From Pedobacter sp. (GTDB lineage Bacteria; Desulfobacterota; Desulfuromonadia; Desulfuromonadales; Syntrophotaleaceae): 64,000 nucleotides of DNA. Under the pieces are notes generated by a model. That model had not been told where the DNA came from. It did not search any database and was given only the letters and a program-made list of their open reading frames with translations. A program made the translations under genes and the position numbers. Below are positions 29,583-40,925 of the stretch, piece by piece; position 1 is the first letter of the stretch, and each line of letters starts with the position of its first letter. Location of the stretch: contig JBFWJC010000004.1 of the NCBI GenBank assembly GCA_050253415.1, positions 96,001-160,000 on the forward strand. The letters are read 5' to 3'.

Positions 29583-30959
29583 TCAGCCTCGTTGCTTTAG
29601 CCAATCGGCCAGAGCTTCGCCGACCTGCCAAACATTACCGGCACCAAGGGTCAGCACCAGATCGCCGGGTTTGACAACCTGCTGGAGATGGGACAACACC
29701 GTCTCGGCATCAGGGCAATAATGCACATCGCGATGTCCGTGTCCGGCGACACCGTCGGCCAGCAGACTGGCTTCCACTCCAGGGATCGGCGTTTCGCCGG
29801 CGGCATAGATGTCCATGACCACCAGATGATCGGCTTGATAAAAGGCGGTCACAAAGTCATCGAACAACGCCTGGGTGCGAGAGTAACGGTGGGGCTGAAA
29901 TACTGCCACGACCCGGCGATTCCATCCGCTGCGCGCAGCAGCCAGGGTGACCTTGATTTCGGCCGGATGGTGCCCGTAGTCATCCACCACCATAATATCC
30001 TGCCCGTGGTATTTTGGCTGGAAGCGCCGCTGAACGCCGCAAAAGTCAAGAAACCCTTCGGCAATCTGTTCAAATGGAATTTCCAGCTCCCTTGCCACAG
30101 CCACCGCAGCCAAGGCATTGAGAACGTTGTGCTGACCAGGCATTCGAATGGACAACTGGCCCAGATTTTCGCCCTGGTGGCAGACGGTGAAGGTCGTCCG
30201 CTCTTCCCGATAGGAGACATCCTGAGCATTATAGTCGGCCTGGGTCGTCATGCCGTAGGTGACAAAGCGCTTGCCGACCTGCGGTATCAGAGCCTGGATA
30301 TTCGGATCGTCGAGACATAGTACCGCCACCCCGTAAAAGGGTATTTTATTGATGAAATCGACAAAAGTACGCTTGATTTCATCCAGATCGCTGTAAAAGT
30401 CGAGATGATCCGCATCGACATTGGTCACCACCGCGATAGTTGGCGACAGCTTTAAAAAGGAACCGTCCGACTCGTCGGCCTCTGCAACCAGGAATTTCCC
30501 TTGTCCGAGCTTGGCATTGGAACCGATGGAATCGAGACGGCCGCCGATCACCACCGTCGGGTCAATACCGGCTTTGGACAACACGGTTGAAACCATGCTG
30601 GTGGTGGTGGTTTTTCCGTGGGTACCGGCCACGGCGATACCGTATTTCATGCGCATGAGTTCCGCCAGCATTTCAGCACGCGGGATAACGGGAATCAAAC
30701 GACGGTGGGCTTCGACCACCTCCGGGTTATCGCTCTTGACGGCGGTCGATGTGACCACCACATCGGCATCCCCGAGGTTTTCGGCAGCATGTCCGTAACC
30801 GATGCTCCCGCCGAGCTCGCATAGGCGGCGAGTGATCTCCGACTCCCGCAGATCCGAACCGCTGACACGGTAGCCAAGATTGAGCAGGACTTCAGCGATA
30901 CCGCTCATGCCGATCCCGCCTATGCCAACAAAATGTATGGTGCGAATCTTCCCGTACAT
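29583..30959 (-). CDS. murC: UDP-N-acetylmuramate--L-alanine ligase
   Basis: [42 protein letters not shown]. Confidence 0.97.
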   Translation of the reverse strand: MYGKIRTIHFVGIGGIGMSGIAEVLLNLGYRVSGSDLRESEITRRLCELGGSIGYGHAAENLGDADVVVTSTAVKSDNPEVVEAHRRLIPVIPRAEMLAELMRMKYGIAVAGTHGKTTTTSMVSTVLSKAGIDPTVVIGGRLDSIGSNAKLGQGKFLVAEADESDGSFLKLSPTIAVVTNVDADHLDFYSDLDEIKRTFVDFINKIPFYGVAVLCLDDPNIQALIPQVGKRFVTYGMTTQADYNAQDVSYREERTTFTVCHQGENLGQLSIRMPGQHNVLNALAAVAVARELEIPFEQIAEGFLDFCGVQRRFQPKYHGQDIMVVDDYGHHPAEIKVTLAAARSGWNRRVVAVFQPHRYSRTQALFDDFVTAFYQADHLVVMDIYAAGETPIPGVEASLLADGVAGHGHRDVHYCPDAETVLSHLQQVVKPGDLVLTLGAGNVWQVGEALADWLKQRG

Positions 30960-31006
30960 AAAGCTTTACAAACCTTCCCTGCTCAAAGCAGCGTTGAGTA
31001 AACTAT

Positions 31007-32083
31007 TTAATCCTGCCCGCATATGGTGCGACATACCTTAAGAATCCTGTCGGCGGCACCGGAAATCCCCAGCGACTTGGATGCGGCCGCCATGCTGATC
31101 AGTCGGGAGCGGTTTTCCATCAGGTCGATAATCAAGCCGGCCAGGTGCTCGGCGGTCAGGTCCTGTTGTGGCAGGACCAATGCAGCGCCCTTGCGTGCGA
31201 CAGCGTGGGCATTAATGGTCTGATGATCCCCTGCCGCATGGGGATAAGGAATGAGAATCGCCGCACGGCCACAGACCGCAAGTTCGGCCAGGGTGGTGGC
31301 ACCGGCCCGGCAGACCACCAGGTGAGCCTTGGCGTAGGCGCTGGCCATGTCGTTGATAAACGGCACCACGCATTCCTGTGGCCAGCCAGCCTTTGCATAT
31401 CCCTCACGAATGCGTTGAAGATCGTCGCTGCCGGTCTGATGCACGAGCTGCAACCGACCCCGCCATTTATCCAGCAGCGGCAATGCCGCCAGCATGGCAT
31501 CGTTGATGGCACGGGCACCGCGACTACCACCGAATATCAACAACCCGGGATCGCCACCATCCATAGGCGGACAATCTTCCATCCCCTTGCGTAACGGGTT
31601 ACCGGTTACGGTTGTAGTGGCGCGATGAAAGGCGCGCTCCGCCTCCGAAAAGGACAGGCAGACACAGCGGGCCCAACCACCCAGCAGACGGTTGGTCATC
31701 CCCGGCCAGGCATTCTGCTCGTGGATAACAGTCGGGATGCCTTTGAGTCTGGCAGCCATCAACATGGGCGCAGAAGCATAGCCGCCCACCCCGAGGACCA
31801 CATCGGGCTTAAATTCCCGCAGGATACGCATCCCCTGCCAGACACTTTTTATCAGGCAGGGAATCATGCGCAGCTTGCCCGCCACCCCCTGATTGACAAA
31901 TCCGCGGATATCGATGCAACGCAGTGGTAACTCAAGCTCTGGCACTACCCGTGCTTCGATGCCACGGGCGGTACCGACAAATAGAACCTCGGCGGATGGT
32001 TGCTGTTCCAGAAGCCGCTGCGCCAAAGCCACCGCGGGGAACAGATGGCCACCGGTCCCTCCCCCTGCCAGCAATAACCTCAT
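31007..32083 (-). CDS. murG: Lipid I GlcNAc transferase MurG
   Basis: GGGTGGHLFP, GGYAS, HEQN, GGSRGA, CRAGATT. Confidence 0.96.
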   Translation of the reverse strand: MRLLLAGGGTGGHLFPAVALAQRLLEQQPSAEVLFVGTARGIEARVVPELELPLRCIDIRGFVNQGVAGKLRMIPCLIKSVWQGMRILREFKPDVVLGVGGYASAPMLMAARLKGIPTVIHEQNAWPGMTNRLLGGWARCVCLSFSEAERAFHRATTTVTGNPLRKGMEDCPPMDGGDPGLLIFGGSRGARAINDAMLAALPLLDKWRGRLQLVHQTGSDDLQRIREGYAKAGWPQECVVPFINDMASAYAKAHLVVCRAGATTLAELAVCGRAAILIPYPHAAGDHQTINAHAVARKGAALVLPQQDLTAEHLAGLIIDLMENRSRLISMAAASKSLGISGAADRILKVCRTICGQD

Positions 32084-33201
32084 GACTTCACCCCCTCGAT
32101 CTGGCTGGAGATATTCAATAGAATGCCTACCGCCAACAACGAGACTACAAGGCTACTGCCGCCGTAGGACAGGAACGGCAACGCCAGCCCTTTGGTCGGC
32201 AACAGCGACATAACCACGGCCATGTTGGTGAAGGCTTCGAGACCGAGCAGCAAGGTCAGGCCAAACGCCAGGTAGCGGCCGAATTCGTCCGGCGCCATCC
32301 AGGCGATGCGCAATCCGAGCCACACCAGCACCAGAAACAGCACTGCGATGGTCAGGACGCCGATAAACCCGGCCTCCTCTCCCACCACGGAAAAAATAAA
32401 ATCGGTGTGCGCCTCAGGCAAAAAGAACAGTTTTTGCTGACTCTGCCCAAGGCCCTGCCCTTTCCATCCGCCGTTGGCGAAAGCGATCAGGCTCTGGGTG
32501 ATCTGGAACCCCTCGTCAGACGGGTATTTCCAGGGGTCCATGAACGCCAACATGCGGCGCCGGCGGTAATCCACCCGCCAGATGGCGACATACAGGGCCG
32601 GCAAGGCTGGCAGTATCGACACCAGAATATGCCTGAAACAACTGCCGGCAACCAGCATCATACCCATGGCCACCGCCCCCATGGTCATGGCGCTGCCGAG
32701 GTCGGGCTGCAACATCAGCATGACCAGCATCAGACCGAGAATCACCAGATAGGGCAATACGCCAAGTTTGAAGGTACGTAAACTCTTTTCCGGTTTGCGG
32801 GCCAGGGAGTGGGCCATGAACAGCACCAGCGCCACCTTGGCCAATTCGGAAGGCTGCACGGAAAATCCGGCGATGCGGATCCAGCGTACGGCGCCCCCTG
32901 CCGAGGCTCCAATCCCCGGCACCAGCACCAGGGCAAGCAGCACGGCACTTGCCAATAACCCCAGGGCGGCGAACCGGCGCAGATGATGGTAATCGAACCG
33001 CATGGCGCCAAGCAGCACCAGCATGCCAAACAGCGCGAAACCGCCCTGCCTTTTCAGAAAATAAAATCCGTCTTTGTAATGTTCCGCTGCCATGATCGAG
33101 GATGCCGAATAGACCATCAGTACGCCGATAGCGGTGAGCACCGCTGCCACCGCCAAAAGCCAATAATCGTATCCGCCTCGCTCTCTCATCGCATCAGCCA
33201 T
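32080..33201 (-). CDS. ftsW: SEDS peptidoglycan polymerase FtsW
   Basis: MVYSAS, RWI...QPSE.AK, QPDLG, LPEAHTDFIF, PFLSYGGSS. Confidence 0.95.
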   Translation of the reverse strand: MADAMRERGGYDYWLLAVAAVLTAIGVLMVYSASSIMAAEHYKDGFYFLKRQGGFALFGMLVLLGAMRFDYHHLRRFAALGLLASAVLLALVLVPGIGASAGGAVRWIRIAGFSVQPSELAKVALVLFMAHSLARKPEKSLRTFKLGVLPYLVILGLMLVMLMLQPDLGSAMTMGAVAMGMMLVAGSCFRHILVSILPALPALYVAIWRVDYRRRRMLAFMDPWKYPSDEGFQITQSLIAFANGGWKGQGLGQSQQKLFFLPEAHTDFIFSVVGEEAGFIGVLTIAVLFLVLVWLGLRIAWMAPDEFGRYLAFGLTLLLGLEAFTNMAVVMSLLPTKGLALPFLSYGGSSLVVSLLAVGILLNISSQIEGVKS

Positions 33202-34546
33202 TTGTTTGCAACGCCAGCACGGAGCGGCAGAAAACCTCTCCGCGCTCGGCATAACTGCGAAACATATCAAAACTTGAACACCCGGGTGACAACAGCACCG
33301 TTCCGCCAGAAACCGTTACCCGGCAAGCAAGCTGAACCGCCTCTTCCAGCGTAGCGACCCGCAAAATATCGGTCATCCCGGAAAAAGCTGCCTGCATACG
33401 GTCGGCCGCTTCACCGATAAGGATCAGATGGGCCACTTTGCTCTGCACCGAAGCCGCCAGCGGTGCGTAATCCCCGCCTTTATCCTTGCCCCCGGCGATA
33501 AGGGTCACAGGTGCGTCCAGCCCGGCCAGACTTTTGACCACACTGCCGACATTGGTGCCCTTGGAATCGTCGTACCAACTGACACCATCCAATTCGCGCA
33601 CCAGGACCATACGGTGATCGAGACCGTTAAAACCGCACACCGCCTGCCACGCCACCTCGGCAGGACAGCCCTCCATCAGCGGGGGGATCAGCGCGGCCAT
33701 AACGTTCTCAATATTGTGCATACCTTTGAGCCGCAAAGCCGCAACCGGAAAACGCTGCTGCTGCCCGGCATGTCGCCAGACGATATGCTCACCGTCGAAC
33801 CCCATCCCTTGCTCAAGCACCCGACTGGAAGAGAAGAATACTTTTTGACAAGAAAGGTTCGCGGTACATTCAGCCACCAGCGGATCATCGGCATTCAAAA
33901 CCGCCACATCGTCGTCGGTCATGTTTTCGAAGATCCGCAGTTTGGCCGCCACATAGCTGGCCATATCGGGGTAGCGGTCGAGATGATCGGCAGTGAGATT
34001 GAGAAGCATGCCGTATTTCGGACGAAATGCATCTATGGCCTCAAGCTGAAAAGACGAAATTTCGGCGACGATCCAGTCCCAATCGGTGCACCGTGTCGCC
34101 TCGATGAGCGGAGTGCCCAGATTGCCGCCGACAAAGGCTTTAAGCCCCCGGCAACGCAGCACTTCGCCAAGCAGGCATGTGGTTGTCGATTTACCGTTGG
34201 TACCGGTAATCGCCACCATCGGAGCCGTCAGCTCACGCGCGGCAATCTCGATTTCACCTAACACCGGAACACCGGCCTGCATCGCCGCCGCCACAGCCGG
34301 CACCGTCAACGGAATACCGGGACTGATAGCAATAAGATCAGCCTTGGCCAGAAGCTCAGCATCGTGGCCGCCACAGTCGAAACGCAGACCACGCTCGGCA
34401 AGATCCTCTACGCCGGTAAGAACTTCGCGCTTGCGGTTGTCGGACAGGGTCACCACCGCACCATGGTCCAGAAAGAACCTGGCCAGACCAAGTCCGGTGC
34501 AGCCCGCACCGATGACAACCACATGTTTTCCGGCATACCCGACCAT
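33194..34546 (-). CDS. murD: UDP-MurNAc-L-Ala--D-Glu ligase
   Basis: ITGTNGKSTTT, GGNLG, EISSFQL, DHLDRY, DDSKGTN, LLSPGCSSFD. Confidence 0.96.
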   Translation of the reverse strand: MVGYAGKHVVVIGAGCTGLGLARFFLDHGAVVTLSDNRKREVLTGVEDLAERGLRFDCGGHDAELLAKADLIAISPGIPLTVPAVAAAMQAGVPVLGEIEIAARELTAPMVAITGTNGKSTTTCLLGEVLRCRGLKAFVGGNLGTPLIEATRCTDWDWIVAEISSFQLEAIDAFRPKYGMLLNLTADHLDRYPDMASYVAAKLRIFENMTDDDVAVLNADDPLVAECTANLSCQKVFFSSSRVLEQGMGFDGEHIVWRHAGQQQRFPVAALRLKGMHNIENVMAALIPPLMEGCPAEVAWQAVCGFNGLDHRMVLVRELDGVSWYDDSKGTNVGSVVKSLAGLDAPVTLIAGGKDKGGDYAPLAASVQSKVAHLILIGEAADRMQAAFSGMTDILRVATLEEAVQLACRVTVSGGTVLLSPGCSSFDMFRSYAERGEVFCRSVLALQTNG

Positions 34547-34549
34547 GAA

Positions 34550-35626
34550 CTACCTCAACTTGAGGGTGGACAAGGCCACCAGTGCAAGGATAATGCTGAT
34601 GATCCAGAAACGAACGATGATCTTCGGTTCGGCCCACCCTTTGAGCTCGAAATGGTGGTGGATCGGAGCCATACGGAAGATCCGTTTTCCCAGTATTTTA
34701 AACGATGCAACCTGCATGATCACCGACAGGGCCTCAACCACGAAAATTCCGCCGACGATCACCAGCACGATCTCCTGCTTGGTAATCACCGCAATGGTTC
34801 CGAGCGCGCCGCCAAGGGACAGGCTACCCACATCCCCCATGAATACCTGCGCAGGATAGGTATTGAACCAAAGAAACCCGAGACCCGCGCCAACCATGGC
34901 CCCACACAGCACCGCCAACTCACCGGCACCCTGCACACTGCTGATCTGCAGGTATTCCGATAGCCGCGCATTGCCGGCCAGATAGGCAAACAACAAATAA
35001 GTCCCCGAGGCGATGATCGTTGGCCCGATGGCCAGCCCATCGAGGCCATCCGTTAGATTAACCGCGTTGCTGGCACCAACAACAACCAGCATTGCGAAGG
35101 GGATGTAAAGCAATCCCAGTTCCGGACGCAGCCCCTTGAAAAACGGCAGAGCCAGCGTAGTCGGATACGGCTGGTAGAAATACAGCATGAGTCCTGCCGT
35201 ACCGGCGATAAGCATCAGCCACAGCATCTTCTGCCGCGCCGAAAGACCGTCGCTGTTACGTTTCTTCACCTTGCGGTAATCATCGACAAATCCTACTGCG
35301 CCAAAACCGACGGTTACCAACAGGGTCACCCAGACATAGATATTGCTCAAATCGGTCCACAGCAAGGTTGGTAAAACAATGGCCAGCAGAATGAGGGTAC
35401 CGCCCATGGTAGGCGTCCCTTCTTTTTTAAAATGGGACTGGGGTCCGTCCTTGCGAATGCTTTGCCCGATCTGCAGACTGGACAATTTGTCGATAAGCCA
35501 GGGGCCAAGAATAAAGGAGATCATCAGTGCCGTAATGGTGGCATAGATAGCCCGAAACGTGATGTACCGGAAAATGTACAGCACTGAAAACTGTTCATGC
35601 AGCGGATAAAGCAGGTGGTACAGCAT
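34550..35626 (-). CDS. mraY: Phospho-MurNAc-pentapeptide transferase
   Basis: [37 protein letters not shown]. Confidence 0.97.
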   Translation of the reverse strand: MLYHLLYPLHEQFSVLYIFRYITFRAIYATITALMISFILGPWLIDKLSSLQIGQSIRKDGPQSHFKKEGTPTMGGTLILLAIVLPTLLWTDLSNIYVWVTLLVTVGFGAVGFVDDYRKVKKRNSDGLSARQKMLWLMLIAGTAGLMLYFYQPYPTTLALPFFKGLRPELGLLYIPFAMLVVVGASNAVNLTDGLDGLAIGPTIIASGTYLLFAYLAGNARLSEYLQISSVQGAGELAVLCGAMVGAGLGFLWFNTYPAQVFMGDVGSLSLGGALGTIAVITKQEIVLVIVGGIFVVEALSVIMQVASFKILGKRIFRMAPIHHHFELKGWAEPKIIVRFWIISIILALVALSTLKLR

Positions 35627-35637
35627 CCAGACGTCTC

Positions 35638-37029
35638 CTAATGACCGGCGGTCGGGCGCCCATCGCTGGCGCGCAGGGCTTTACAGATTTTTTCCATTGC
35701 CATGCCGCGAGATCCTTTGACCAATACACGGTCTCCGGGACGCAGCAGGTCGCCGAGCAGTTGCACGGCTTCATCATGACTTTTCACTACCCAGACCGAC
35801 TGGGGAGGCATACCGCCCTGCCTTGCTCCGGCAGCGGTATCCTCGGCCCGCTCGCCCAGGAGAATAAGCAGATCGGTACACTTCGATGCATGCAATCCGG
35901 TTTCACGGTGCAAGTCTGCCGCCGCCTCGCCCAATTCCAGCATGTCGCCCAGAACCGCAATGCGACGGCCGCTACCGGGCAGTTCATCCAGCGCCTTCAG
36001 GGCCGCTTTGACGGCCAGGGGGTTGGCATTGTAAAAGTCCTCCAACAGGGTGGCGCCGCTGGCGAGTTCCGCCACCTCCATGCGCCCGGCACAAGACCGG
36101 AAGCGCTCCAACCCTTCGACTATCTGCATGCCACTCATATTCAGGGCATAGGCTGCGGCCGCAGCGGCCAGAGCATTATGCACATTGTAGCGCCCGGGCA
36201 CCGACAGACGCACTGGCCAGTTCCCTTCGGGCAGCACCAGCCGAAAACGCACACCCTGCCCATCCACGGTTACATCTTCGGCGCGAACCTCGGCATCGGA
36301 ACCGCACCCGTAAATCAACCGTCGCACGCCGTTGGCAACGGGCAACTGCAGCACCCGTTGATCATCCCCATTAATAACGGCGGTGCCACCGGGAGGCAGG
36401 GCGGCAAATAATTCGCCTTTGGCCCGAGCCACCCCTTCGAGATTATAAAGCGTTTCCAGATGGGCCGGCCCGACATTGGTGATGATACCAATATCGGGAC
36501 GGCTGATCTCGGCCAGACGGGCAATTTCACCACGAGCACTCATGCCCAGTTCCACAACTGCCCAGCCATGATCTTCTTCGAGTCGAAACAGGGTATGAGG
36601 CAAACCGATAAGATTGTTGAAATTACCCTCGGTTTTTAGACCCGGACCACGCAGAGCCAGAATACCGGCCAGCATTTCCTTGGTACTGGTCTTGCCGGAC
36701 GAACCGGTTACTGCCAAAACCGGCCCGTCAAAATCCTGCCGCACGGCCGCTGCCAGATCACCCAGCGCTTTGAGGGTGTCCGCTACCCGTATAACCGGTA
36801 CCGGCAGACCGGCGATCACTTCTTCGCTCAGGCAAGCGCAGGCTCCTTCGCGCACCGCCTGTCCCATAAAATCGTGACCATCGAATCGGGGGCCACGCAG
36901 CGGCACGAACAGATCGCCGGAACGCAGGGAACGGCTATCGGTGCAAACCCCGGTAACCACACCACTGGCACGCTCAGGTATCAGAGTGCCACCGGTAATG
37001 GCGGCGATTTGATTCAGATCGAGTCGCAT
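35638..37029 (-). CDS. murF: UDP-MurNAc-tripeptide--D-Ala-D-Ala ligase
   Basis: [45 protein letters not shown]. Confidence 0.96.
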   Translation of the reverse strand: MRLDLNQIAAITGGTLIPERASGVVTGVCTDSRSLRSGDLFVPLRGPRFDGHDFMGQAVREGACACLSEEVIAGLPVPVIRVADTLKALGDLAAAVRQDFDGPVLAVTGSSGKTSTKEMLAGILALRGPGLKTEGNFNNLIGLPHTLFRLEEDHGWAVVELGMSARGEIARLAEISRPDIGIITNVGPAHLETLYNLEGVARAKGELFAALPPGGTAVINGDDQRVLQLPVANGVRRLIYGCGSDAEVRAEDVTVDGQGVRFRLVLPEGNWPVRLSVPGRYNVHNALAAAAAAYALNMSGMQIVEGLERFRSCAGRMEVAELASGATLLEDFYNANPLAVKAALKALDELPGSGRRIAVLGDMLELGEAAADLHRETGLHASKCTDLLILLGERAEDTAAGARQGGMPPQSVWVVKSHDEAVQLLGDLLRPGDRVLVKGSRGMAMEKICKALRASDGRPTAGH

Positions 37030-38537
37030 GGTTCCTCCGCCACAAACCTCAGGGCCTCGCGTAATTCCTCGCGGTCATCAAAGTGCAATCGCTGATTGCC
37101 GACAATCTGATAATCCTCATGCCCCTTGCCGGCCACCAGCAGCACATCACCAGTCCGCAGCAGGCTCACGGCAAAGCGAATCGCTTCGCGACGGTCAACG
37201 ATCGCAAGATAGCCGCCTGCAGCGGACTGCCGTGCCTGTTGTTCCGTCCAGGGGCCGGGATAGATACGGCGCAGGCCGACCTCCACCTGCTGCATAATGC
37301 TTAACGGATCCTCGCTGCGCGGATTGTCCGATGTCAAAATCGCCACATCCGATAAACGCGCGGCGACTTCGCCCATCACCGGGCGCTTACTGGCATCGCG
37401 GTCACCGCCGCAACCGAACACGCACAGCAGCCTGCGAGGAGCCAACTGTCGCAGTGTGGTCAAAACGTTTTGCAGAGCATCGCCGGTATGCGCATAGTCC
37501 ACCAGCACCAGGGCCCCACAACCGTTCTCAATACTTTCCAGCCGACCGGGAACCTGCGGTGCGCTGGCAAGGGCTGCGGCGATGGTATCCGGTGCCATAT
37601 TCAAAGCGACACCAACGCCGGCGGCACAAAGCAAATTATGCAAATTATAGTCCCCGACCAAAGGGGAGTTTAAGGCGGCACACCCCAGAGGAGTGCGCAG
37701 CATACCGGAAATGCCGGCAACAGAGATAGAAACATCCTCTGCCGTTACCGTACAGCGAGAGTCATGTCCGCAGCCAACTGCAGAGGGTAGCGCATCGGCA
37801 AGACGCGCGCCGTACGCATCGTCGAGATTAACCACCGCATGCCGGGGAGAATGCTCGCCAAGCCCGGTGAAAAGTCGGCGTTTGGCGTCAAAATACGATT
37901 CCAGATCGCCATGGTAATCGAGGTGTTCCGGAGTCAGGTTGGTAAACACTCCGACATCGAAACGCACCCCGTCAACCCTCCGCTGCTCTAGCGCATGAGA
38001 CGATGCCTCGAGAATCAAAGCATCGGCACCACGGTTGCGAAATTCAGCGATAGTTCGCATCAGATCAACCGATTCAGGAGTCGTATGACTGGACGCCAGA
38101 CGTTCTCCTTCAAATCGATAGTCGACGGTACCCATAACGGCCGGCCGCCGGCCAGAAGCCTTCAGCAACGATTCCACCAGATAGCTGATGGTGGTTTTTC
38201 CGTTGGTTCCGGTTATACCTACTACCAGCATATCCCTGGTGGGATCACCGTAAAATTCAGCTGCCGCCAGCGCCATAGATCGCCGCGCATCCTTCACCAG
38301 CAATCCGGTTATTCCCTGCGGCAATGGACACGGTTCTTCCATGACTACCGCCACAGCGCCCCGGGTCAAGGCATCCTCCACGAACCGGTGACCATCCACC
38401 GTTGCGCCGCGCAGGGCAAAAAACAACCCACCGGGCAGCACCTGCCGGCTGTCGTAATACAAACCACTGATAACACCATCGGCTGGACCGGTGATTGTAC
38501 AGGGGACAAGCATCTGGCAAAGGACGGAAAGTTTCAT
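37014..38537 (-). CDS. murE: UDP-MurNAc-dipeptide--meso-DAP ligase
   Basis: GITGTNGKTT, TTPES, DYAHT, GCGGDRD, DNPR (DAP-type specificity motif), AGKGHE. Confidence 0.96.
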   Translation of the reverse strand: MKLSVLCQMLVPCTITGPADGVISGLYYDSRQVLPGGLFFALRGATVDGHRFVEDALTRGAVAVVMEEPCPLPQGITGLLVKDARRSMALAAAEFYGDPTRDMLVVGITGTNGKTTISYLVESLLKASGRRPAVMGTVDYRFEGERLASSHTTPESVDLMRTIAEFRNRGADALILEASSHALEQRRVDGVRFDVGVFTNLTPEHLDYHGDLESYFDAKRRLFTGLGEHSPRHAVVNLDDAYGARLADALPSAVGCGHDSRCTVTAEDVSISVAGISGMLRTPLGCAALNSPLVGDYNLHNLLCAAGVGVALNMAPDTIAAALASAPQVPGRLESIENGCGALVLVDYAHTGDALQNVLTTLRQLAPRRLLCVFGCGGDRDASKRPVMGEVAARLSDVAILTSDNPRSEDPLSIMQQVEVGLRRIYPGPWTEQQARQSAAGGYLAIVDRREAIRFAVSLLRTGDVLLVAGKGHEDYQIVGNQRLHFDDREELREALRFVAEEPCDSI

Positions 38538-38586
38538 AGAATCGCCAATTTTCCTTCTGTGAAGAAAAAAAGTCAAAGGGAATTTT

Positions 38587-40557
38587 TTACGCCGATGGAC
38601 CCAATTTCACCCAAACTTCATCACCATAGCGAATGTCCTGGCCAGGTGATGGAAATTGCTCAATAACTTTACCTGAACCCTTGATCCGGATATTCAGACC
38701 CAGCCTCTCCATAGTCTGCAACACCTGTCTGCAACTCAGCCCAAGACAGTGTGGCATCACAGGCATCTCACCATTGGCAACGCGCTCCGGCTGACTGCTG
38801 CCGTTGGATATGGCCACCACCGTTTCCAGCGTAACCGGCGGCAACGGGGCTTCCATATCGGCCTCGGTCGGGGGTACGCCAAGGTAACGCAGGGCCTGAC
38901 CTGTTATCCGCGAAAACACCGGAGCGGCGACCAGACCGCCATATACCTGGGTCTGCGGTTCGTCGATAACCACCAGGACAACAAGTCGGGGATTGTCCAC
39001 CGGAGCAAAACCGACAAAGGACGCCACCCGTTTGTCTGCGGAGTAGCCACCGGTAACAGGGTCGACTTTCTGCGCAGTACCGGTTTTTCCAGCGACGCGG
39101 TATCCCGGCACGGCTGCCAGGGTGCCGGTTCCCCCCTCACGCGTAACCATTTCCATCATTGCCCGAACCTGGGCTGCTGTCTTTTCGGATACCACGCGCC
39201 GCACGGTTTCCGGTGACCGGTTTTCTACCAATGCGCCACGGTCATCGACAATTTTATTTACAAGATCAGCTTTCATCAGCAGTCCGCCATTGGCGACGGC
39301 CCCTACTGCGCGGGCCAACTGCAAAGCTGTCACGGTCATCCCCTGACCAAAGGATACGGCAGCCAGATCGCCTTCAAACCATAACTCGGGCCTGCGCAAT
39401 TGACCTGAGGTCTCACCGGGAAAATCAACACCTGTTTTTTCACCGAATCCGAATCGGGTCAAATAGTCAAAATAACGCTGACGCTCCAGCATTTTCCCAA
39501 TTTTAGCTGACCCGATATTGGAACTGAGCTTGAGCACATCCGCTACGCTAAGCTGTTCATAAGGATGATGATCATGAATGGTCATGCCACCAACCCGGTA
39601 CGAGCCTTTTTCGCAATTAACCCGCTGAGTCGGCTGTACCACATTTTCGTTCAGAGCAGCCGCTACCAGGAACACCTTAAGTGTTGAACCCGGCTCGAAC
39701 TCATCGCATACGGCGCGATTACGGCGGTTTTTCGACGGGAACCTGCCATAGGCATTGGGATTATAGGTCGGCTGATTGGCCATCGCCAGAATTTCGCCGC
39801 TGTTCGGATCCAACACAACCACGCTGCCGGCCCGCCCCTTGGCTTCCTTCAAGCCGACAGCCAGTTCCTTTTCAGCCAGGTATTGGAGATTGCGGTCGAT
39901 GGTCAAATTGAGGCTGTTTCCATGACTGCCCCCATCCACGACTTTATTACTGGAGCCGAACCCCTTGCGGCGACCATCTTTGGCCGTCACCAGAAATCCT
40001 TCCTGCCCCAGCATCTGGCTATCGTAATACTTTTCCAACCCCTCGAGTCCCCTGGGATCAAGGCCGGTAAATCCAAGCAATTGGGCTGCCAGTTCTCCAT
40101 TGGGATAGAACCGTTGATGTTCCTTGGTAAAAGCAATGCCTTCAATACCAAGCTTGCGAACCCGGTCACTCTGGTCTGGTTGAACCTTGCGTTGCAACCA
40201 CACAAAACTGCGCTTTGAAATCAGTTTTTTACGTAAGGTCGTGCGGGGCAGGTTGAGCGGACGCGCCAGTGCACGCACTGTGGCGTTTACATCACTGATT
40301 CGCATAGGTTCCGCAAAGATCGAATCAACACTGATGCTACGGGCCAATTCAGCCCCATTGCGATCATAGATGGCCCCTCTGCGAGGGGTTAGAGGGATAA
40401 TGCGTTTATACTGCCGCTTGGCGCGGGCGACAGTTTCCTCGCTATCGACGACCTGCAACCAGAACCCCCGCCCCACCACTGCCAGAAAAAACATGGTAAA
40501 CCCGATTCCCATCAGAACCATGCGAATCTTGCTGCTTTTTTCCGGCGACATTTTCAT
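38587..40557 (-). CDS. ftsI: Penicillin-binding protein 3 with C-terminal PASTA domain
   Basis: RGAIYDRNG, EPGSTLK (SxxK), SSN, KTGT; C-terminal MPHCLGLS...GSGKVIEQFPSPG. Confidence 0.93.
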   Translation of the reverse strand: MKMSPEKSSKIRMVLMGIGFTMFFLAVVGRGFWLQVVDSEETVARAKRQYKRIIPLTPRRGAIYDRNGAELARSISVDSIFAEPMRISDVNATVRALARPLNLPRTTLRKKLISKRSFVWLQRKVQPDQSDRVRKLGIEGIAFTKEHQRFYPNGELAAQLLGFTGLDPRGLEGLEKYYDSQMLGQEGFLVTAKDGRRKGFGSSNKVVDGGSHGNSLNLTIDRNLQYLAEKELAVGLKEAKGRAGSVVVLDPNSGEILAMANQPTYNPNAYGRFPSKNRRNRAVCDEFEPGSTLKVFLVAAALNENVVQPTQRVNCEKGSYRVGGMTIHDHHPYEQLSVADVLKLSSNIGSAKIGKMLERQRYFDYLTRFGFGEKTGVDFPGETSGQLRRPELWFEGDLAAVSFGQGMTVTALQLARAVGAVANGGLLMKADLVNKIVDDRGALVENRSPETVRRVVSEKTAAQVRAMMEMVTREGGTGTLAAVPGYRVAGKTGTAQKVDPVTGGYSADKRVASFVGFAPVDNPRLVVLVVIDEPQTQVYGGLVAAPVFSRITGQALRYLGVPPTEADMEAPLPPVTLETVVAISNGSSQPERVANGEMPVMPHCLGLSCRQVLQTMERLGLNIRIKGSGKVIEQFPSPGQDIRYGDEVWVKLGPSA

Positions 40558-40877
40558 CGTATGATGATCACCTGATGTGCTTGGGGATAATGAAGATTCA
40601 GCTTATTACTGGCTATACGTTCGAGGTGAGCCGGGTTTTTAAGCGTTGCAACTTCCAGGCGCAGGCAATTTTCGTCGCGCTGCAGTTCCAGCAACTGCGT
40701 TTCGCAACTGGAGATGGCATAACCCAACTCAATAAGCTGGCTGCACGACCAGATGTAAAAAACACCGGCACCAACCAGAGCAACCAGAAAAACCAGGAAT
40801 TGGGTTAAAGAGAAACGTTGCCAGAAAGCGCTGCTGCTGCTGACACCGGGCAGCGCACGTTGCGTGGAATAAGACAT
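40554..40877 (-). CDS. ftsL: Cell division protein FtsL
   Basis: Single TM plus leucine-zipper (LRLEVATLKNPAHLERIA) between rsmH and ftsI. Confidence 0.85.
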   Translation of the reverse strand: MSYSTQRALPGVSSSSAFWQRFSLTQFLVFLVALVGAGVFYIWSCSQLIELGYAISSCETQLLELQRDENCLRLEVATLKNPAHLERIASNKLNLHYPQAHQVIIIR

Positions 40878-40925
40878 AACACACCTCCAGTCATATCAAG
40901 CCAGCCGCATAGGCGGCAAAAATCC